32,000 bases of DNA, from positions 1,920,001-1,952,000 of the forward strand of contig NZ_CP013011.1 of the NCBI RefSeq assembly GCF_001412615.1. The letters run 5' to 3'. Origin of the DNA: Pyrodictium delaneyi. GTDB lineage: Archaea; Thermoproteota; Thermoprotei_A; Sulfolobales; Pyrodictiaceae. A program made the translations under genes and the position numbers. The first letter of the stretch is position 1. Each line of letters begins with the position of its first letter. The notes under the pieces were generated by a model. That model did not search any database, was not told where the DNA came from, and was given only the letters and a program-made list of their open reading frames with translations. Shown here one piece after another: positions 27,213 through 32,000 of this stretch.

Positions 27213-28583
27213 TTGAGCCCGGCCTTGCCGCGCCGCGTCTTCGTCCTAGGCCTCGACTCTATGCCGCCCAGCGTCCTCTACGATGACATGGATGGCGGAG
27301 GGTTCAGCTACTTACGCGGCATAGTCGAGGAGTCCAGGCGCTACCGGATGAGGACCTGCCACCCGCCGATAACCGTCCCCGCCTGGATGGTGATGTTCAC
27401 CGGCAAGACCCCTGGCGAGCTGGGGGTCTATGGGTTCCGGCACCGCCGGCCCGGCGAGTTCGGCTACTACATAGTCAATAGCAGCTATATCAAACACCCC
27501 ACGATATGGGACGACGCCGGGAGGAGGGGCCTACGGGTAGGAGTATACGGCGTGCCGCCCACCTACCCGCCCCGCCCCGTCCACGGCTTCATGGTCACAG
27601 ACTTTACCACGCCGGGGCCAGAGAAGCCCTATACTTTCCCGCCCTGGCTCCGCCGCGAGCTAGAGCAGGCCACAGGGCCCACGATATTCGACATAGTGTA
27701 CCGTAGCCACGAGAAGAGCAAGGTAGCCAGGGAGCTCTTCAGGATGCTTGAGAACCACCAGCGCCAGGTGGAGTACCTGGCCACCCAGAAGCAGTGGGAC
27801 CTCTTCGTATACGTGGAGATAGCAGTAGACCGTGCACATCACGCCTTCTGGAAGTACTTCGACCGGGCGCACCCCCGGTACGAGGAGCACCCAGAGTATA
27901 GCCGTGTCATACCAGAGATGTACAGGAGGATAGATGAATGGTTCGAAAAACTACACAGGCAGCTCCCACGAGACACGGTGATAGTGATTGCTAGCGACCA
28001 CGGCATAAAGGCGATGAAGGGTGCCTTCACCATAAACCAGTGGCTAGCCGAGCAAGGCTACCTAAAGCTAAAGGTAAACCCCAAGGAGCTCAAGCCGGGC
28101 ACTGACCTAAAGGAGGACATGATTGACTGGGAGCATACAATAGCCTGGGCTTGGGGAGGCTACTATAGCCGCGTCTTCATAAACCTCAGGGGCCGGGAGA
28201 AGCGGGGAGCAGTAGAGCCCAGATACTACGAGGAGACACTGAAGCAGCTGCGCCGCGACATAGAGCGGATAAGGGGGCCCCAGGGTGAGCAATGGAGGAA
28301 CATGGTTTTTCGGCCGGAGGAGTTGTACCCAGAAGTCAACGGTGACGCCCCTGACCTCATGGTGTACCTCGACGATCTCGGCTGGAGGCCTGCTGGGACG
28401 CTAGGCTGGCCGAGCCTCTACCTCCCGGAGAACGACCGGGGCCCTGACGACGCTGTACACGACTGGATTGGTGTATACGCCGTCTATGACCCCGAAGGCA
28501 CGGTAAGTAAGGGCGACGTGGGCACGATAGATATACACGAGGTGAGACGCAACCTGGAAGAGATAATATTCTCGAGAAGATGA
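27213..28583 (+). CDS. Alkaline-phosphatase superfamily protein, type I phosphodiesterase/nucleotide pyrophosphatase-like (divergent paralog 3), translationally packed behind sat
   Basis: VFVLGLDSMP, ITVPAWMVMFTGKTPGELGVYGF and VIVIASDHGIKA. The track ORF (27021) overlaps sat only because that frame stays open. The first plausible starts after the sat stop are TTG 27213 and TTG 27225. Confidence 0.7.
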   Translation: MSPALPRRVFVLGLDSMPPSVLYDDMDGGGFSYLRGIVEESRRYRMRTCHPPITVPAWMVMFTGKTPGELGVYGFRHRRPGEFGYYIVNSSYIKHPTIWDDAGRRGLRVGVYGVPPTYPPRPVHGFMVTDFTTPGPEKPYTFPPWLRRELEQATGPTIFDIVYRSHEKSKVARELFRMLENHQRQVEYLATQKQWDLFVYVEIAVDRAHHAFWKYFDRAHPRYEEHPEYSRVIPEMYRRIDEWFEKLHRQLPRDTVIVIASDHGIKAMKGAFTINQWLAEQGYLKLKVNPKELKPGTDLKEDMIDWEHTIAWAWGGYYSRVFINLRGREKRGAVEPRYYEETLKQLRRDIERIRGPQGEQWRNMVFRPEELYPEVNGDAPDLMVYLDDLGWRPAGTLGWPSLYLPENDRGPDDAVHDWIGVYAVYDPEGTVSKGDVGTIDIHEVRRNLEEIIFSRR

Positions 28584-28609
28584 GGTAGAGCGGAGGGCGG
28601 TGTGAGGGT

Positions 28610-28822
28610 ATGTCTGAGAAGGTGTCTATACAGATAAGTAGGGAGCTGTACGAGAAGGCTAAGAAGTTCATAGAGGAGCAGGGCGGCTTCCAGAGCGTCG
28701 AGGAGCTAGTAGAGTTCCTCCTCCAGGAGGCCCTGTTAACGGAAGAGACTGGCTCTGCAGAGATGAGCCGGGAGGACGAGGAGAAGGTCAAGGAGAGGCT
28801 ACGAGCCCTAGGCTACATATAG
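28610..28822 (+). CDS. CopG/RHH-family DNA-binding protein (paralog B) with the same ..ERLRALGYI tail
   Basis: KVSIQISRELYEKAKKFIEEQGGFQSVEELVEFLLQEAL aligns with paralog A. The C-termini EEKREIIERLKRLGYI and EEKVKERLRALGYI match. Confidence 0.7.
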   Translation: MSEKVSIQISRELYEKAKKFIEEQGGFQSVEELVEFLLQEALLTEETGSAEMSREDEEKVKERLRALGYI

Positions 28823-28857
28823 CGGTTTCACAACATCTTCTACGTCCACGCCGGGAG

Positions 28858-29418
28858 CTAGGCCAAATACTCCCTTATTTTGGCTAGGAGCTTCTCTACA
28901 TTCCTTTCCACTGTATCGTTTACCGTATCCAGCACTAGATCAGGGTTCTCAGGCGGCTCATAGGGATCCGTTATCCCGGTAAAGTGCTTAATCTCACCCC
29001 TTAGGGCCTTCTTGTAGAGCCCCTTGGGATCCCTTCTAATACACTCCTCGAGCGGAGCATTGACGTAGACTTCTATGAATGGTACCTCTTCCTCTACTAT
29101 TCTCCGTACTTCGCTACGCACCTCCCGGTACGGAGATACAAAGCTGCATAAGACTATGACCCCGTTCCGGGCTAAGAGCCGAGCTATCCAGGCTACTCGG
29201 AGGAGATGGCGGCGACGCTCCTCCCGGGTAAACCCTGCATCTGGGTTAATAGTCTTCCGAACCCAGTCTCCATCAAGTACTTCGACACGGTAGCCCATCT
29301 GACGCAGCGTCGCAGCAGCCTTGGTAGCTATTGTAGTTTTGCCGCTCCCGGGCAGCCCCGTAAGCCAGACTACTAGGCCTTTATCGAGACACGTTGGCTG
29401 CCCGCCACGTACGGCCAT
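28858..29418 (-). CDS. cysC: Adenylylsulfate (APS) kinase
   Basis: P-loop GLPGSGKTT, LDGDWVRK and SFVSPY motifs. 186 aa. Confidence 0.9.
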   Translation of the reverse strand: MAVRGGQPTCLDKGLVVWLTGLPGSGKTTIATKAAATLRQMGYRVEVLDGDWVRKTINPDAGFTREERRRHLLRVAWIARLLARNGVIVLCSFVSPYREVRSEVRRIVEEEVPFIEVYVNAPLEECIRRDPKGLYKKALRGEIKHFTGITDPYEPPENPDLVLDTVNDTVERNVEKLLAKIREYLA

Positions 29419-29619
29419 TCCTCATGCCCATCCCGTGGTACAATTAGACGGACTTTTAGATGCGTTTTGCTCTAAGTCGGACAGCCATGTATACTTAGGC
29501 TGGGAACTAGGCTAGGCCACGTCTAGTAGAACCGCAGGTCTTACAGCTAGCTTCTGTAGTGTTATTTCATGTCCTCTAGTCCATTTGCCCGGCAGATGCT
29601 ATTGGCTCGTCTCTTGGGG

Positions 29620-30813
29620 CTATCCCTCTACTATTTGTTTCACAGTCTCTGCTATGGTTTTTGCCTGTTCTATTGTTACTGCTGGGTGTACTGGTAGGCT
29701 GAGGACCTGCCGGGCCGCTCTCCTCGCCTCGGGGCAACCCTGGGGGCAGTCTATGCCGAGGCTCTTGTAGAGTGGCTGGTCTGGTATGGCCCTTGGGTAG
29801 TGTACTGCTGTTGCTATGCCGTGTCCGCGTAGTTTCTCTGCTAGCTGGTCTCTCGTCAGCGGGAAGGAGTCTGTGACACGGATGACATATTGGTGGTAGA
29901 CGTGACGGACCCAGGGCTTCTCGACCGGGGGCTCTATACCCTTGACCGCTTGAAGTATCTTGGTCATTGTTTCGGCGTTTTCTCTTCTCCGCTGGTTCAT
30001 CCACTCTAGTTTGCGGAGCTGTACGCGGCCTATTGCTGCTGCTATGCTTGTCATCCTTAGGTTGTAGCCTAGCTCGGTGTGGAGGTATTTCTCTGCCTGG
30101 CCGTGGTTCCGGAGGAGTCGTATCCTCTCGGCTATCTTCTTGTCGCTGGTTGTCACCATGCCTCCTTCGCCGGTGGTCATGTTCTTGGTTGGATAGAAGC
30201 TGAACGCTGCTACGTCTCCTAGTGAGCCTACCTTCTTCCCCATGTATTCTGCTCCATGGGCTTGTGCAGCGTCTTCTATGAGTATTAGGTTGTGATCCTC
30301 TGCTATCTCGCGTAGGGGCTTCATGTCGGCTGGGTGGCCGTAGAGGTGGACTGCTATTATTGCCCGGGTCCGGGGCGTTATGAGTTCCAGGACCTTGTCT
30401 GGGTCTAGGTTGTAGGTCTCTGGGTCTATGTCGGCGAAGACTGGTCGGGCTCCCTGGTAGAGTATGGCGTTAGCAGTGGCTATGAAGGTGAATGGGGTGG
30501 TTATGACCTCGTCTCCATGGCGGATACGATAGGCCTTCAGTATGAGGTCTAGCGCTGCGGTGCCACTGGAGACTGCTACTGCGTAGTCTACACCTATGTA
30601 CTCGGCGAATTCGCGCTCGAATGCCTCCACTTCGGGGCCGTGGGCTAGTATGCCGGATCGTAGAACGCGAGCTACAGCCTCTATCTCCTCGTCGTCCACT
30701 ATGGGACGGGCTATCGGGATCAAGACTGAGGCCCCGCTTGTTTCCAGTGTTTCTAAAGGAGCTTCCCTAGGGCAACTATCTAGCATCTTCCTCGTATATA
30801 CGCGTGCCTGCAT
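29620..30813 (-). CDS. DegT/DnrJ/EryC1/StrS-family PLP-dependent sugar aminotransferase (WlbC/WbpE-like)
   Basis: IPIARPIVDDEEIEAV, SSGTAALDL, DAAQAHGAEY and FSFYPTKNMTTGEGGM (PLP lysine region). The start may be the Met at 30786. Confidence 0.8.
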   Translation of the reverse strand: MQARVYTRKMLDSCPREAPLETLETSGASVLIPIARPIVDDEEIEAVARVLRSGILAHGPEVEAFEREFAEYIGVDYAVAVSSGTAALDLILKAYRIRHGDEVITTPFTFIATANAILYQGARPVFADIDPETYNLDPDKVLELITPRTRAIIAVHLYGHPADMKPLREIAEDHNLILIEDAAQAHGAEYMGKKVGSLGDVAAFSFYPTKNMTTGEGGMVTTSDKKIAERIRLLRNHGQAEKYLHTELGYNLRMTSIAAAIGRVQLRKLEWMNQRRRENAETMTKILQAVKGIEPPVEKPWVRHVYHQYVIRVTDSFPLTRDQLAEKLRGHGIATAVHYPRAIPDQPLYKSLGIDCPQGCPEARRAARQVLSLPVHPAVTIEQAKTIAETVKQIVEG

Positions 30814-31043
30814 GAAATCGTGTAGATTGTTAACCGGCTTCCGGAGTGCTACACCCTTACCCCGAGGACCGTATGCTGGTCTTTGTCCCTGGCAGTACCC
30901 GCCAGGAAGAAGAGTATCATATATGGTATGATGCTTGGTATCTGTAACTATTACATGATGGTGCTGGGTTGTGCTAGACGCGCGCTTAGAGGGTTGTGAA
31001 CCGGGCAGGGATCCATTAAGCTTCAGATGTTAGTAAAGTATAG

Positions 31044-31472
31044 TCACTCTGTCGGGTTGTTGAAGTATTCCTCTAGTTCCTGTTCTTCTCGTTCTAGCTG
31101 GTCGAGGTTCTCTGGTATCCGTTTGATTCTGAAGACTCCTATCCGGTAGTCGTAGAACTCGCTGGGCTCCGGAGGCTCTATCACAGCTACTAGCTCAGCC
31201 TCGGCACCTAGGTCTTCGAGTGTGTAGCGTAGGTCGTCTACCCAGTCGTTTATCCCGCACGTAGCGCAGAAGCTTCCCTCAAAGACTACGTAGGCTCGGT
31301 CTCCCTGTATCTTTAGCAGCCGGGCGCGGGACTCGGCGCCGCGGTAGCGGTTGTAGCGGCGTATCGCTAGCTCCATGAGCCGGCGTAGCCGCTGCTCGTA
31401 GTTGGGGTCCCGTTTAACGGCCAGTATACCCTGCTCCATGAAGCGTCGCCCGGGACAAGCCAGCCTTAACAC
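31044..31472 (-). CDS. Hypothetical protein
   Basis: The ORF has plausible composition: RLRRLMELAIRRYNRYRG, FEGSFCATCGINDWVDDL and an acidic tail. I recognise no family. The start is probably MEQGILAV, about 31439. Confidence 0.4.
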   Translation of the reverse strand: MLRLACPGRRFMEQGILAVKRDPNYEQRLRRLMELAIRRYNRYRGAESRARLLKIQGDRAYVVFEGSFCATCGINDWVDDLRYTLEDLGAEAELVAVIEPPEPSEFYDYRIGVFRIKRIPENLDQLEREEQELEEYFNNPTE

Positions 31473-31583
31473 ATGTTAATAAAAAGTGCGTATTGCGCTA
31501 GGGCTCTGGCATGTTGTAGCCGGGCTCTTGCGGGTTTAGCGTGATATAAGGCTGCACTGCTAGTCTCACTAGAGGGATAGGCC

Positions 31584-31883
31584 ATGGTTGAGCTAAAAGT
31601 CGAGCTACTCGGCTCGGAGAAGACAGAGGAAGGACTCTACGCGGCGAGGCTGGAGATAGAGTACGAGGGGCGCCAGTACCAGCTAAAGGTGCCCCGGCTA
31701 GTACGTGAGCCGGCTAGACTAAATTTCCGGCTCAAGGGCGACTATCTCCTAGTCGAGCTCTTCGATCGCGAGGATAAGCCCCTAGCAACCTGCTGCATCC
31801 ACAAGGGGCATCTTGAAGAAGGCTGCCTGGACTGCCCATCGCTCATACCGCCCCCGCACAGGGAGGGCTCGAGCTGTAAATAG
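31584..31883 (+). CDS. Hypothetical protein with a Cys/His-rich C-terminus
   Basis: 99-aa ORF with ATG start. The N-terminal 70 aa look beta-rich, and the C-terminus is CCIHKGHLEEGCLDC. Its 3' end overlaps an open minus-strand frame that enters from the right edge. Confidence 0.35.
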   Translation: MVELKVELLGSEKTEEGLYAARLEIEYEGRQYQLKVPRLVREPARLNFRLKGDYLLVELFDREDKPLATCCIHKGHLEEGCLDCPSLIPPPHREGSSCK

Positions 31884-32000
31884 CCGGAAAGGAACTATTG
31901 CATAATCTGGAGCCGCCCCGGAGAGCACATAGTTTATCCTCTCCAGTATCCTAGCGATAATAGATGGAGGGCCGTGGGGCTCCCCCGGCCCCGCCCCGCC

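Noticed and set aside
31782-32000. Minus-strand open frame entering from the right edge (..PPSIIARILERINYVLSGAAPDYAIVPF.. ending at TAG, + strand cta 31782-31784)
   Set aside because: It is plausibly the C-terminus of a gene lying beyond the window. However, it is only about 70 codons, I recognise no family, and it overlaps the 3' end of ORF 31584-31883. I cannot decide between them from sequence alone.
1-32000. tRNA, rRNA, C/D-box sRNA and CRISPR arrays
   Set aside because: I scanned the intergenic regions by eye for T-loop-like GGTTCGAATCC motifs, RUGAUGA...CUGA box pairs and regularly spaced repeats, and found nothing convincing. The ATGATG strings at 23656 and 30930-30955 lack proper D boxes.

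Overview
This is a high-GC, archaeal-looking chromosomal segment. The evidence for that is a GPN-loop GTPase, AglH, VapBC pairs, GGAGGTG Shine-Dalgarno motifs and AGG/ATA-rich codon use. It is probably a hyperthermophilic crenarchaeon, but that is inference only.

Layout:
1. 1-5114: branched-chain amino-acid genes. An ilvB-like gene is divergent from leuA-leuB-leuC-like genes, and the short control region between them is unusually repetitive.
2. 5107-8800: GPN GTPase, a candidate Trp/Gly/Arg-rich small protein, AglH and a vapBC pair.
3. 9259-15144: a five-gene minus-strand glycan operon in transcription order: alkaline-phosphatase (AP) superfamily protein, MurG/Alg13-14-like GT-B transferase, Gfo/Idh/MocA oxidoreductase, flippase, hexapeptide acetyltransferase.
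4. About 15150-21200: a sharply AT-rich island. Hand counts give 17-19 GC per 60 nt inside against about 40 per 60 in the flank. It carries GT2, epimerase, a second AP-superfamily paralog, GT4 and a SAM methyltransferase.
5. 21261-22052: a TauE/SafE-like anion permease.
6. 22104-25726: a 3.6-kb block of toxin-antitoxin-like genes plus a decayed gene, bracketed by an exact 23-bp direct repeat.
7. 25764-29418: a sulfate-activation locus reading RHH - ATP sulfurylase - third AP-superfamily paralog - RHH paralog, convergent with APS kinase. A DegT-type sugar aminotransferase follows.

I saw no rRNA, tRNA, CRISPR array, transposase or integrase.

The most interesting hypothesis is that the AP-superfamily protein embedded in the PAPS-synthesis locus is part of an uncharacterised glycan sulfation, or sulfonucleotide-handling, system. 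It has two paralogs inside glycan loci. The locus also has paralogous RHH regulators, and shares a 23-bp element with the TauE-like permease gene.
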